Shown here piece after piece: positions 12,665 through 25,400 of a stretch of DNA of 64,000 bases; within the stretch, counting starts at the first letter, position 1, and each line of letters begins with the position of its first letter. The stretch lies in the NCBI RefSeq assembly GCF_963921235.1, contig NC_086108.1, forward strand, positions 81,346,001-81,410,000, given 5' to 3'. Source of the DNA: Mobula hypostoma. Taxonomy: Eukaryota. The position numbers and the translations under genes are program-made. The notes below the pieces were generated by a model. The model searched no databases and was not told the DNA's origin. It saw only the letters and a program-made list of their open reading frames with translations.

Positions 12665-12930
12665 GTCTTAGAGTTGTAGAATCATAGAAAAGTGCCGTAC
12701 AGCCATTAGAACTGCCTACTCCCATCTACCTGCAGCAGGACCACAGCCCTCCATACCTCTACCGTCCATGTAACTATCCAAACTTCTCATAAACGTTGAA
12801 ATTGAGCATGCATGCACCACTTGCGCTGGCAGCTCACTCACACTCTTACAACCATCTGAGTGAAGACGTTTCCCCTCATGTTCCCTTTCAACTTGTCACC
12901 TTTCTCCTTTAACTCAAGACCATATCATTC
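12665..12930 (-). mobile_element. CR1-like 3' end (another subfamily)
   Basis: (TCTATGA)-type tail and LREV/FFTQ-type terminal region on minus strand. Confidence 0.6.
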
Positions 12931-13084
12931 ATAGTAAGCAAAAAACCTAACCGGATCAAGCTATGAAATATCTGATGAATATCAACAAGTAAGAAGAAAG
13001 GGTCTTTCAGCTTCCTCATGTTGGAACTATTTGAGATTCCAGAACCACGACAATGTGCCTGGTACATAAATACCCTCTGAAATG

Positions 13085-13190
13085 ATACCAGAGCCACTCG
13101 GTTGTTACTAGACAGAACATTGCAGTGCGGGGAGATGGCTCACCACCAGCTCCTTAAGGGCAATTAGGGATGGGCTATAAATGAATTTAA
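13085..13190 (+). mobile_element. Ancient LINE/DeuSINE-type 3' tail
   Basis: GCTCACCACCAGCTCCTTAAGGGCAATTAGGGATGGGCTATAAATG resembles the AmnSINE1/SacSINE1 partner-LINE tail as I recall it. Confidence 0.55.
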
Positions 13191-13514
13191 GACAAGTGCA
13201 CAGCTTTTCTGTCATTACTTTCTCATGGAGAACGCGCTCAATGTTTTCAGAATGAAGGATATTTTACCAACAGCTGAAAGTGCCGCAGTTGCATCCAGTT
13301 TGCATTCCATTGATAGCATTTTTCAAAACTGAAGAGGACAGTAAAATAACGAAAAGAATAAACTGTATGAAATAACATTGTAATCCTTTCGGCTTATAAA
13401 CATTTCAAATAATACCTTGAGTTGGAAACCTGAAGTACAATTTCAAATTTTTCGTATGCCAGCCTGCCTAGAGGGTGTAGTTAATACAAAGAAAACTAAT
13501 GCACAGTAAAATAC

Positions 13515-13740
13515 AAAGTACAAAGTTCAAAATAAATTTATTATCAAAGTACGTATAGGTCTCCATATAATATCCTGAGATACAGTTTCTTGCAGGCATT
13601 CACAGTAGAACAATCTCATTAGTGAAAAACTACACTCGAAGACTGACAAACAGCAAATGCGGAAAAGAAGACAAATTGTGCAAATACAAGAACAAATAAT
13701 AATAATAAATAAATAAACACTTTAAAATGTAATGAACTTA
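13515..13740 (-). mobile_element. Recurrent LINE/SINE 3' tail ending ATAAATTTATTTTGAACTTTG
   Basis: Same tail at 9810-9960 (+), 37530-37690 (-) and 59248-59960 (-). Confidence 0.65.
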
Positions 13741-14672
13741 AAGCTGAAGAATGGTGACTAATAAGTAAATAGGTTTCAACACAGATAGGAGAGAAGTATT
13801 CCATTTTGGTAAGAATAACATAGAGGCCACTTGTTCCTTGGAAAATAAATGTCTTAAATGGGTTAGTTGAATGTCGAGACCCAGGAATATGATGAATACA
13901 TGTCATTAAAATTAACAATGCATATTAACAAAATAATACAGAAAGTAATGTAGAGAAATTACTGAGAAAGATGTGAATTTCAGACAATTACAAACCAGCC
14001 ACTCTGCAAAATACCTTGAAACTTTTATGTTTGGTAACGCGAGTTTTAAGAGTCTTAATGCAGTGCCAAGACATGTGAATGCACAGCAAAGACTCTGGCT
14101 CTTGAAATCCAGTTTTATGTATATTGGCTGTAATACTCCCACATGATGAATTATAACAAAGAAATAGATATATTGTTAGCTTTCATTTTTCCTAAGTTCG
14201 TTTATAATATTTCAGCTTCTGCCTTAATCATGTGTATAAGTTTCAATATTAATCTCTTGAAATATAAAATACTTAGCAACAACAGGAATTAACAATTGTG
14301 CTCTTTCTTTCCTGAACTTTTGCCTGAGAGAATATTTTAATGTGATTGGCTGCTCACCAACCAGAGGATGTCATAATTACTTGATACCAGAGATCCCCTT
14401 GAAAGGGCCCCTGTCAGCAACAGATGTTGGAAAAGGGCAATAATATATTGCATACATGTAGCCATCCTTGTTTGAGACCAATGGTGACCTTCTGCACCTT
14501 CATTGATCGCAAAATCAGTAAATGCAATAAAAATTATTACACAAGCTACTCACTAAATTTTGGTTTTAAAATTGAGGACGAGCAGGCAATTGCACTAATG
14601 GGGCCCAATAAAATAAAGTCTTGTTACTCTCCTCTACATCAGGGATATTGGTGATACAGTAGATTAGGCACT

Positions 14673-14827
14673 TGAAATGAATGCTAACATGGTATTTGCC
14701 TTCCTCACCACCAACCAAAACTGCAACTTAACCTTTAGGGTGTTCTGCGCAAGGACCCCCAAGTCCCTTTGCAACACAGATTTTTGGATTGTCTCCCTGT
14801 TTAGAAAATAGTCTGCACATTTATTTC
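14673..14827 (-). mobile_element. 155-bp CR1 segment, near-copy of 12221-12375
   Basis: 6 mismatches in 155 bp by manual alignment, no indels. Confidence 0.9.
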
Positions 14828-15495
14828 GTATAGGTGGAGGCATGATCAGGTCCTGAAGACCATCGCAGGAGTTGAGTGGGTGAAGCGGTCCCGACCCTCC
14901 AAGCAGACCATTGCCTTTGTCAGAGCTGGGGAGCAGCCAATACCTGCCAAAAGAACATCTGCAGGCATTCTGACCTCTGCAAGGGACTGGCAGCTGTTGG
15001 TGGACCTCGAAGGGCAGCTGAAGTTCCCCAACCATATCGCAGCCACCACCCTGCGACCAGACATTGTCCTAGTGCCTGAGTCTACTAAGCAAGTGGTGCT
15101 GCTGGAGCTGGCAGTCCCATGGGAAGATTGCTTGGAAGAGGCCTTTGAAAGGAAGCTCTCCAAGTACGCAGGACTGGTCAGCAACTGTCAGCAGGCTGGA
15201 TGGAGAGCGAGGTGTCTCCCAGTGGAGGTTGGTTGTAGGAGATTCACAGCCCGTTCCTTAGTTAGAGCCTTCAGCATTTTGGGCATCGAGGGAGAGAGGA
15301 AGAGGAGAGCCATCCGCAGTACCACCGATGCGGCAGAGATGGCTGTGGCTCAAAAGAGGGGAGCCATGGAGTCATAAGTAGCTAGCCATCTGGACACAAG
15401 CTGGGGTCTGATCAGCCCTGACTGATTTTTGGATTGTCTCCCTGTTTAGAAAATAGTCTGCACATTTATTTCGTATAGGTGGAGGCATGATCAGG
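14779..15495 (+). repeat. Exact 72-bp direct repeat (14779-14850 and 15424-15495)
   Basis: GATTTTTGGATTGTCTCC...GGAGGCATGATCAGG identical in both places. Confidence 0.95.
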
Positions 15496-15585
15496 GTGTA
15501 TGATGTTGAAAGACCCGAAATACCCAATGATTCCAGGAACATCACTGAAGATGTGTCCAGAAGCATCAATAGATGTATGTACACA
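14828..15585 (+). mobile_element. HERO-like non-LTR retrotransposon 3' end (restriction-like endonuclease)
   Basis: YRWRHDQVLKTIA then RPDIVLVPESTKQVVLLELAVPWE..AFERKLSKY..PVEVGCR (PD-(D/E)xK RLE fold), then a 3' UTR to ~15585. Confidence 0.85.
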
Positions 15586-15869
15586 GTCTACTACCAAAAT
15601 GCACACTCCACAGGCTCCCTGGCCTAGAATCGTTTGACTTTTGCCATTCCCACTGTGAGCTCTTTACTATTTAGCCTAAGCAACCTTCTAGGTAAGTTCA
15701 AGGCAAATGTAAGGAACTGTAGAAAATTGCATAATAATACGAGGCATAATATAGATGAGGATTTTAGAGGTGCATGTGTAACTAAGGTAATACTGTTATG
15801 ATATGGATTTTAATGTACACATAAACTGGATATATCTTATTAGTGCTACCAAGGATCATTGGGAACCTG

Positions 15870-16160
15870 AGTCACCCCAACCATAAACTATTCCAGCTGC
15901 TACCATCTGGGAAACAGTACCGCAGAATAAAAGCCAGGACCAACAGGCTCCGAGACAGCTTCTTCCAACAGGTCATCAGACTGACTAATTCACACTGATA
16001 CAATTGTATTTCTATGCTATATTGACTGTCCTGTTGTACATAATATTTATTATAATTTACTATAAATTGTACATTGCACATTTCGACAGAGACCTAACGT
16101 AAAGATTTTTACTCCTTATGCTTTTGAAGGAAGTAAGTATTAAAGTCAATTCAATTCAAA
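15870..16160 (+). mobile_element. Rex1/Babar-like 3' end
   Basis: HPNHKLFQLLPSGKQYRRIKARTNRLRDSFFQQVIRL followed by a (CAATT)n tail. Confidence 0.85.
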
Positions 16161-16384
16161 GTTAAAGGAAGTATTCCTAAAACACACATAAAGTGGATTT
16201 TTAAATTAAGATTTGAGAAACAATCGAGGGAATAAGTTATTTTAGCTATGGTACTACTCCTGAACACAAAATAATAATAACCTCACTGTAATGGAAAGCG
16301 TGAATGTAATGTGATAAAATTTTCCATTAATTCAGAAGTGATGTGGCTGAATCTTTAACTATGGGTTTCATCTAAAGAAAGGAA

Positions 16385-18730
16385 GCTGTGGACAGATTGA
16401 CTGCAGAAGATTGGCAAATACAAATGTATGTCAGTGGACTGGCAGTGGATAACATTTAAAGAAATAAAAGACAAAGACAACTCACAACAGTTCAGCCTTC
16501 TTTAGAGTCACAATATGAAAAAAAAAATGGCCCAAACACTGATTACAGGAGACATTAAAAGCAGCATTAACTCTAAAAAGAATGGTTAAAAAGTTGTCAG
16601 AACAAAACATGAGGTCTGAAGTTTGGGAATCTTTTGGAATTTAGCAAAGGATCATCAAGAAATCAAAACAAGTAAGCTGATAAGAAATATAAAAACGATT
16701 GACAACGAATCAACAGGTATAAGAAAAGGCAAGAAATTTGCTACCATCCCTTTTCAGATAGAGGTGGAAAAACTAATAATTTGGACTAGAGAAATGGTAA
16801 TGAATTAAACATGAACATTTGGCTTGTTCTCAAAAAAAAAACAACTTCCTGGTGACACTGGAGAACCAAGGGCCCAGTGTAGAAGAGGAAGAAGAAGAAA
16901 GTAACATGAGTAAAGAGAAATATTACCAGAGATGTTAATAAGGCTGAAAACTGACGAATCCCAAGAGTCAGTCAAACTCAATTACAGAATTTTGAAAAGG
17001 TAACTGCAGCTTAGAAAACAGCAATTGAAGAAAGGAGAGGAAAAGAAAACAGGGAACTACCGGCTTGTTAGCCTGGGGAAATGTTTGAATCTATAATAAA
17101 AAACATGGTGTGAAGACACTTAGAAAATACTAATATGACTGAGAAAACTATATATGGAATTATGAAAGATAAGATGACGTTTAACACATCTATTGGAATT
17201 CTATGGAGTTCTAAAGGTGGGCTGTATTGAAATGTTCAGCTGACTTTTAATAAGGTCCCGCTGTAAAAGTTTAGGGCACATACAATTGGGAACATAATCT
17301 AGTTTGAACTGAGAGGTGATTAACAGATGGAAAACAAAGAGTAGGAATCCATAAATCATTCTGAGGATAGGAGGCTGTGATTAGAGGGACATTGAAGTGA
17401 TGGGTACTTGGGTCCCAACTATTCATAATCTATATCAATAATTTATCTGCTGGATCCAAATGTAATATTTGCAAGTTTGATAAGGACACAAAACAAAATG
17501 AAGATGTGACTAGTGATGAGGATGCAGTAAACAAGCTGAGTGAGCAGAGCACAGCGTGGCAGATGGAATGATATGTTCCTTTCCACTTGGGAAGATAAAA
17601 CAAAAATACTGAGTATCTTTTAAAAAATGGGAGTTTGGGAAATTCTGATGTACACGACAAAGGACATCTTTATGCCTAAATCACAAGCAAGCAGAATCAG
17701 AATCTGTAGGAATTCACAAAGGTTTTTAGCAACTTACCAAATCTCCTCAAACACCTGGTGAAGTACAGCCAATGGTGTGCCTTCTTGCTGATTGCATCAA
17801 TATGCTGGATCCAGGGTACATCCTCTGAGATGCTGATGCCCAGGAGCCTGAAGTTGCTCACCCTTTCCATTGCCAACCGCTCAACGAGGTCTGGTGTATG
17901 TTCTCCCAACTTCAACTTCCCCTTCCCGAAGTCCACAATCAGTTCCGTGGATTAGGTCCATGATTGTAGTTGTGACACTATTCACCCAGCCAAGCTAGGA
18001 ACCAAACAAAAAATAGTACAAGAAAGTAAGTTCTGGTGATACTCAGAACTTTATGCAATATCAACTCTCTCCACGGATGCTGCCTAATCTGCTGAGTATT
18101 TCCAGCACTTTCAAAAGCATTGATCAAACCACACTTGAAGTATTGTGAGTAGTTTGTGCCCCCAAAAAAAGATGTGCTTTAATTGGAAAGCGTCCAGAGA
18201 AGGTTCATGAGAATGATTCTGGGAGTGAAAGCTTTAACATATGAGGAGCATTTGTTGGCTCTGGGCTTATACTTGCTGGAGCTTTGAAGAATGAGGGGGA
18301 TCTCATTGAAACCTATTGAATATTGAATGGTCTACAGAGAATGGATGTGGAGAGGATAGGCAGTCTAGATCCAGGAGCACAGCCATGGCATAGAACAGAG
18401 AACAGAGTTGGGGAAGAATTTCTGAAGCTAGAGGATAGTGAATCCGTGGAATTCATTGCCACAGATGACTGTGGAGGTCAAGTCATTGGACTTATGTTTA
18501 AAGCAAAGGTTGATAGGTTCTTGATTAGTCAGGACATTGAATGTTACGGGGAAAGGCAGGGGAATGGGGTAGAGAGGAATAATAAATCAGCCATGATGGA
18601 AAAATGGATTTGACTTGATATATTGAATTGCCTAATTCTGCTCCTATGCCTTTAGGTCTTCTGGTCTGAAATTGGCCATTGTTGAATGGTGGAACAGGTT
18701 TGAGTTCCAAGTGGCCTAACCCAGTTCCTA
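16385..18730 (+). mobile_element. Very degraded CR1 ORF2 remnants, split by a Rex1 fragment (17695-17990, minus) and other relics
   Basis: Ordered remnants of GNYR.VSL, IIYINNL, ICKFDKDTK, then PHLKYC, LESVQRRF and a 3' tail near 18660. Confidence 0.6.
17695..17990 (-). mobile_element. Rex1/Babar-like fragment
   Basis: ORF 17697-17936 ERVSNFRLLGISISEDVPWIQHIDAISKKAHHWLYFTRCLRRFG. Confidence 0.85.
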
Positions 18731-20567
18731 CTACATTATATGCCATTGGTTACATGCAACAAAGTCACATTAAACTCCATTTCTAAAATTTGACTTCAGA
18801 ATTGAGTTTCCAAAGTGGTTCCGCCTGCCTGTGCCACTATATTAGATATATAGTACACTTGACCAGTTAAATTCCTAACCCACTCATTATCTTGTCCTAT
18901 TGAGGTAAGGTCATTGACTTGAAGTATGTCAACTCCTTCTCTCCCTCCGAGGATGCTGCTGGACCTGGTGAACATAGTCAAAATTTAGAATTTATTCCAG
19001 AGGTCCAGCATCTTAACTTTCTCCCACTCACTCCGCAGTTTTCTCTGATCACCAGCTTTGACCAATTTATACTTTAGCTCAAGATTCTGGGCTCGCTTTC
19101 TTTTTTTTTGTTTTTAATTCCCTGCCACTATTTTACCTTGCTGTGAATTGTGCCTCACACTAACCTGGTGATTTGCACATAATATTGTTCCTTCTATCTG
19201 AGGGCATTCCTCAGTTCATTTAACATCCCCCTGCTTTCGTGTTGAGCTAGGATCAGAAAACTGAGTCATCAGCTTCCTTTTTTCAGAATGGCTGCATGCA
19301 TTGCTTTTAATTTTCTTCCTCTGCTCTCAGAGTCAAGTAAAATACTTTTCACTTTCCATCGCAGTTTTACAGAGGAGCTCTGCCCAAAACCATAACCTGT
19401 CCTCTTTCTTTACAGATGTAGACTTAGCTGTGATGTGCTTCCAGCTTTTATTGTTTTTTTAAAGTCTTTTTGCCGCTGGTTTATTTTAATGAAGCTCATA
19501 AAGCACCCAACAGAATTATTGAAAGAAACATCTTGTCAGCATAAACGTGGAAGCCATTACTTAGTCATATTGGTCAGTGCCCTGCAGTCTGCACCTCAAA
19601 CGGTTTCCAAGACTGCTACATCATTAGTCTGTGTTTTAGATACTATTTTTGATGTCTTGGCAATAAATGAAACAAAACTTTGGCGATTTGCTTGCGAGGG
19701 GCAAAGCCCGGCACTGGTAGGAAAAATCAAATCTGACAAAGGCTTTCATCAAAGTTGAAGGAAGTAAATGAACATAAATCTTATGGCAAAGATCAGCCTT
19801 CATTAAATCAGAAACATTCCTGGAAGAAACTTAATTTCTTCGTCCATATGATCTTCAGAATCTGTACAACTGCACAATTCAAAGATATGACTTCAGTCAT
19901 GCAGCTCTAATGCTTTCAGTGTTGTATCCAGTGACTCTGGGGGCAAATTTGAGCTCTGGGTTGTAAACGAGTGGCCTAAGAGCTATTGCTGCCCAGGGCT
20001 GTTTGCAGCGGAAACAGCCTAGTCCTGAATGAAAATTAATGAAATCTTGATCGGGACCACAGCCCCGCCAAAATGCTCCCACTTTCAAGTTTAACAGCCG
20101 TACATTTCACTGCTGGCAGGGTCCCTACTCACTGAAGTCATGGATTTAAAACCTACAGGCAAATGCCTAATTGGTGCTTCAATTAACATATTCGGGAGAC
20201 AGTAATGGGTTTAATTTTTCCTGAGGTTATGCCAGTGCAGAATCATTTTCTCTGGGGTTTTAGAAAATGACTAGGGAAACAAAAAAATTGGACCCATTTG
20301 GAGTAAGTACTTAAATTATTACTCCATCTGATTAAAAGCAATTCAGGTATTAGCTGAGGGCTGAGCAGCAGCTGAAAGAGGGAGCATTTTAAGTGCAGTT
20401 TTTTTACTTGGAAGTTCCCTCTCACTATCATCACTATCCTAAGTCAGAATCACACAGTAGGGCAGTGCAGTGATACAGCTATGATCCTGATTTCAGCTGC
20501 TGTCTGTGTGAGTCATCTGCATGTTCTGCCTCTGAGTCAGAATCAGAATCAGGTTTATTACCATTAA

Positions 20568-21715
20568 CATAAGACCTTAAGGCATAGGAGCAGAATTAGG
20601 CCATTTGGCCCATCGAGTCTGCTCCAACATTCATTCGTGGCTGATCTTTTTTTTTCCCTCCTGAGCCCCACTCCCCAGCTTTCTCCCTGTAACCTTTGAT
20701 ACCATGGCCAATCAAAACCCTATCAAGCTCTGCCTTAAATACACCCAATGGACTGGCCTCGACAGCTGACTGTGGTAACTCCACAAATTCACTCCCCTCT
20801 GGCAAAAGAAATTCCTCCAAATCTCTGTTTTAAATAGACACCCCTCTATCCTGAGGTTGTGCTTTCTCACCCTAGACTCGCCCACCATGGAAAACATCCT
20901 TTCCACATCGACTCTGTCCAGGCCTTTCAACATTCGAAAGATTTCAATGAGATCCAATATTCCAATATTCGTATCATCTGCACACTTAGCAACAAAGCCA
21001 TCTATTCCATCATCTAAACCATTAAAGAAGTGGTCCCAACACTGACCCCTACAGAACACCACTAGGCACTGGCAGCCAACCAGACAAGAATCCTTTTATT
21101 CCCACTCATTGCCTCCTACCAATCAGCCAATGCTCTAACCATGCTAATAACTTTCCTGTAATACCTTGAGCTTTTAACTTGGTAAGCAGCCTCATGTGTG
21201 GCATCTTGTCAAAGGCCTTCTGAAAGTCCAAATATATAACATTCATTACATCCCCTTTATCTATCGTACTTGTAATTTCCTCAAAGAATTCCAACAGGTT
21301 CATCAGGCAAGATTTTCCCTTAGGGAAACCATGCTGACTTTGTCCCATCTTTCCGACCACTGACATCAGGGTAACTGGTCTATAATTTTTTTTCTGCTGC
21401 CTTCCTACTTTCTTAAAGAGTGGAGTGACATTTGCAATTTTCCAGTCCTCTGGCTCCATGCCAGAGTCAAGTGATTTTTTTTGAAAGATCATTACCAATG
21501 CCTCCACAATCTCTAGCACTACCTCTTTCAGGACCCTAGGGTGCAGTTCATCTGGTCCAGCTGACTTATGTACCCTTAGGTCTTTCTGCTTTTTGAGCAC
21601 CTTCTCCCTTGTCATAGTAACCGCACTCACTTCTCTTCAATATCTGGCACACTGCTGGTGTCTTCCACAGTGAGGACCGATGCAAAATACTCATTTAGTT
21701 CATTTACTTCATCTA
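20568..21715 (-). mobile_element. CR1/HER1-like fragment with internal deletions
   Basis: ORF 21106-21630 carries RT motifs (NYRPVTL, LDFQKAFDKMPH); CADDT is joined directly to DLIEIF near 20955; 3' tail at 20568. Confidence 0.9.
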
Positions 21716-22010
21716 AATGTCATGAAATTTGTTCTTTAGTAGCAGCAGTACAGCGCAAAACAATAATAGTATTGTAAGTCACAAAAATAAGTATTTCAAA
21801 AGAGAAAGAGCAAGGCAATGTTCATGGGTGCATAGAGAAGGCAGATATCTGAGGGCAGAGGGGATGAGACTGTTCCTAAGACTTTGAGTGTGGGTTGCCA
21901 GACTCCTGTGCCTTCTCCCTGATGATAAAAATGTGAGGGGGGCATGCCCCAGATGCTGAAATTCCTCGGTGATGGATGCCACCTTCTTGAGGCACCACCT
22001 CTTGAAGATG
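21716..22010 (-). mobile_element. Rex1/Babar-like 3' end
   Basis: IFKRWCLKKVASI..HLGHA..LSSGRRHRSL..RNSLIPSALRYL. Confidence 0.8.
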
Positions 22011-22435
22011 GGAGTAGGCCGGAGTGTCAGGCTTTGGCTCAAACGAGGCATCGGCTCGGCAGAGGTCTTGGCTCTGGGTAAGTTTCTGCTAAGGTTCCCC
22101 TTTCTTTCTCTCTCTTGCTGTACCTAGTGTAGTAAATGGCCATTGTAACATAGAAACATAGAAAACCTACAGCACAATACAGGCCCTTCGGCCCACAAAA
22201 CTGTGCCAAACATGTCCTCACCTTAGAAATTACGTAGGATTACCCATAGCCCTCTATTTTTCTGCGCTCCGTATAACTGTCCAGGAGTCTCTTAAAAGAC
22301 CCTATCGTTTCCGCCTCCACCGCTATTGCTGGCAGCCCATTCTACACACTCACCACTCTCTGCGTTTATATTTAAAAAAACATACCCTTGACATCTCCTC
22401 TGTACCTACTTCCAAGAACGTTAAAATGTGGCCTC

Positions 22436-25400
22436 AAACCAAGGGAAAGTCTGGCTGAGCAGTTGTCCCGAGCAGCTTGGGAAATAGTAAGAGAACGGAG
22501 AAAGCAGGGGATGGGAACAGGACAAGAGAAGGATATTAGGAGGAGACTGCCCTCACTTCCTCCAGAAGAGCCATAAGGTTTGGCTAACTTTAAGAGTGCT
22601 GATAAACTAAACGGGAGCAAAAATTGACTGTGATATCTCGAGAAATGCATGTTATAATATGGATTTTATATTACTCAATTTTTAAAAATTCATTTATTCA
22701 TTCCTTTTTCCCCACCTAAATGAGAATATATACATGAGAGGAATACACAGAGAAACCATTTCTGTGTAATGGACATAGTTTTTTTTACTTACTTTTATAG
22801 GTACTGCAACAGGGGCCCTCAGCTCACAGGTAGGAGGGGCTAACCCCCACGGCTAGACTTTTCTTCTAGCCCAGCCCAGGGTCATCTAGAGACCTCAGCC
22901 TTGGAATCACACATTTCGTTACCTTTTTTTTAAATTATTCGCGTTTCTTGGCCCGTATTTGTTCAGGGAGTAGATTGATTAAGTTACAGTCTGCAAATTT
23001 TAATGATATACTAACAGATAAATACACATGGCTAAGGACAAAGTAAAATTCATTTCTTTTAACATCAATGGGCAGTTGAATCCAGTCACTACTACTACCA
23101 CTACTGCTACGTCGACTCAGGCCTAGGGGGCCGGCATCGGGCACGATGACAGACTCTCCACTTCTCCCTCTCCCTCATCAGTGTGTTCAGTTCATCTACA
23201 TTAGCCACGCCGCTGTCTTCTAGGAGCGTGTTAACCATAGTCTTGGGAGGGCGCCCAGGGTTCATCCTCCCGTGCTTGAGCTCCAATATGATGACTAGGC
23301 TGGCAGGTAGTTCGGGGTGGCGTATACAGTGCCCCGCTAGATGCAGTCTTCTCCCCTCGATTTTAGTGGTGAGCATCAGTAGGTTGTTATAGAGCTCAAC
23401 ATTCGTCATGTGCTGTTGCCAACTCACGTCAAGAGCCATCTGGAGCATTCGTGCATAGCAACCATCTAGAGACTTTCACATCGTCTTGGTGAGTGTCCAC
23501 GTCTCACATCCGTATGTGAGAATGGACTCTATGACTGCTATGAAAATCCTCTTTTTAAGCCCTCTGGTCAGGTTCAACTTCCAGATTTCCTTCATGTCAT
23601 TCACAGCCCTTCACACCAGCGCCTTCCATATCTTTATGTCCTTCTCCGAACTCATCATTCTTGACCCGAGGTACTTGTAGTCAAAGACTTTCTTAATGGT
23701 GTCATTCTCTGCAGTTTGAGAGTACCTTGGTTGCATCTAAACGCCATGTACTCTGTCCTTTTAGCGATTAGGTGAACTCCAATTTTATTGCACTCAATTT
23801 CCACTTTTGTCAGTAGCTGCTGTGCTTCCTCCATCTGGTCAGAGAGCAGGACTATGTCATCTGCAAAATCGAGATCTGTGAGTGTAACTGCTCTGACCCT
23901 TTTGGTTCACCATGGTTTTATGGAAAAACCAAGCTTGTCATGATCTTTGGTAGCTTGACGCAGAGCGTAATCAAAGACTATTATAAAGACGTAGGGTGCC
24001 AGAGTGTCTCCTTGCAGCACTCCAGCTACGAGCTCGAACATTGCTGTTTCTCCATCTGTTGATACAACTTTCGCCATGGTTTTGGTATAGCTGGACTCTA
24101 TTGCTCTCAGTAGATGGTCTGGCACTCTGTAAGCTTTCAGGATCTTCAGCATTTTACCTCGATGAATGGAGTCAAAAGCTTTGCGAAAATCGATGTAAGT
24201 ACGCACGGCTGGTAAGTTGTTCTTGACCTCCTCGATGACCCTACGGAGAGCAAGTATTTGCGTTACTGTTGTTCTCTTCTGCCAAAAACCATTCTGATTG
24301 AATCTTAGCTTAGGGTCAATGGCGGTGCGAATTCTGTTCAAGATCATCCGATTGTATAACTTTGCTAAAATGCAGGTCAAGCTGATACCACAGTAGTTAT
24401 CTGTCTTTGTGAGAGATCCAGACTTTGTGAGGGATCCAGACTTGGGGACTGGGATAATGAATCCAGTCAAGCGCAGTAAAATTCTATCAAAGATGAAAAT
24501 AGAACAAGCCCATGTAGTATATTTACAGGAAACTCACTTAAGTGATAATGAGCATGGAAAATTAAAGAGAATGGGCTTCACTAATTTGTTTTTCTCCTCA
24601 TATAAACCAGGACATAAAAGCGGAGTTTCTAATCTCATCTCAAGTAAGCTAAATTTTGAAAAAGTATTTGAACTGGGAGATAAGGAGGGCAGATATATTC
24701 TGGTAAGGGGGAATATAGGTGGAAATCCAGTTACTTTATTGAATATATATGCATTCCCAGGAAGTGATATTAGTTTCTTCCAGAAAACTACAAATATTAT
24801 GGTAACGGAAACAGAAGGTCTCTTGATATGGGGGGCGGGGGGGGGACTTAATTTTACAATTACAACCAAAGTTAGACTTTTCCAATAGAAAAACTTATGA
24901 AACAAAGTCCTTACATAAAGAAAATTAACACACTTTTTAAGGATGTTGGACTAATTGATATATGGAGGGACTTTTTCCCCGACAGAAGGGATTACACGCA
25001 TTATTCTGCTCCCCATTCCGTATATACAAGAATAGACTATTTCATAACATTTGGAAAAGATAGAAACAAAATAATCACCTGTGGAATTGGGACAATAGAT
25101 GTAAGTGACCATGCACCTATATATTTATCTGTTGATTTTGACCTACAACCAAAGAATACTATTTGGAAACAAAATTCAAGTCTACTCAATGATCCCTATT
25201 TTAAAGAACAAATTAAAAAAGAAATTGGTCTTTACTTAGAATTCAATGATAATGGAGAGGTTTCACCTCCCGTTCTATGGGATACTCTGAAAGCTGTCTT
25301 AAGAGGGAAAATTATAGCGATATCTTCATATAAGAAAAAAATAAGAAATAGAATATTAGAGGAATTACAAAATAAGCTGAAGGAACTAGGAAAAAACCTA

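Noticed and set aside
14779..15495. 72-bp direct repeats read as LTRs or a TSD
   Set aside because: The repeat includes the element's own coding sequence and the 3' UTR continues past the second copy.
15400..15560. Hammerhead-like words (CTGATCA, ATGATG..GAAA) in the HERO-like 3' UTR
   Set aside because: The core does not match CUGANGA..GAAA..UH with proper stems; only ordinary hairpins such as ACATC/GATGT.
24830..24846. G-run in the L1 endonuclease region (and C-run at ~29657-29668) as G-quadruplex or programmed frameshift
   Set aside because: Homopolymer expansions in dead elements, possibly sequencing noise.
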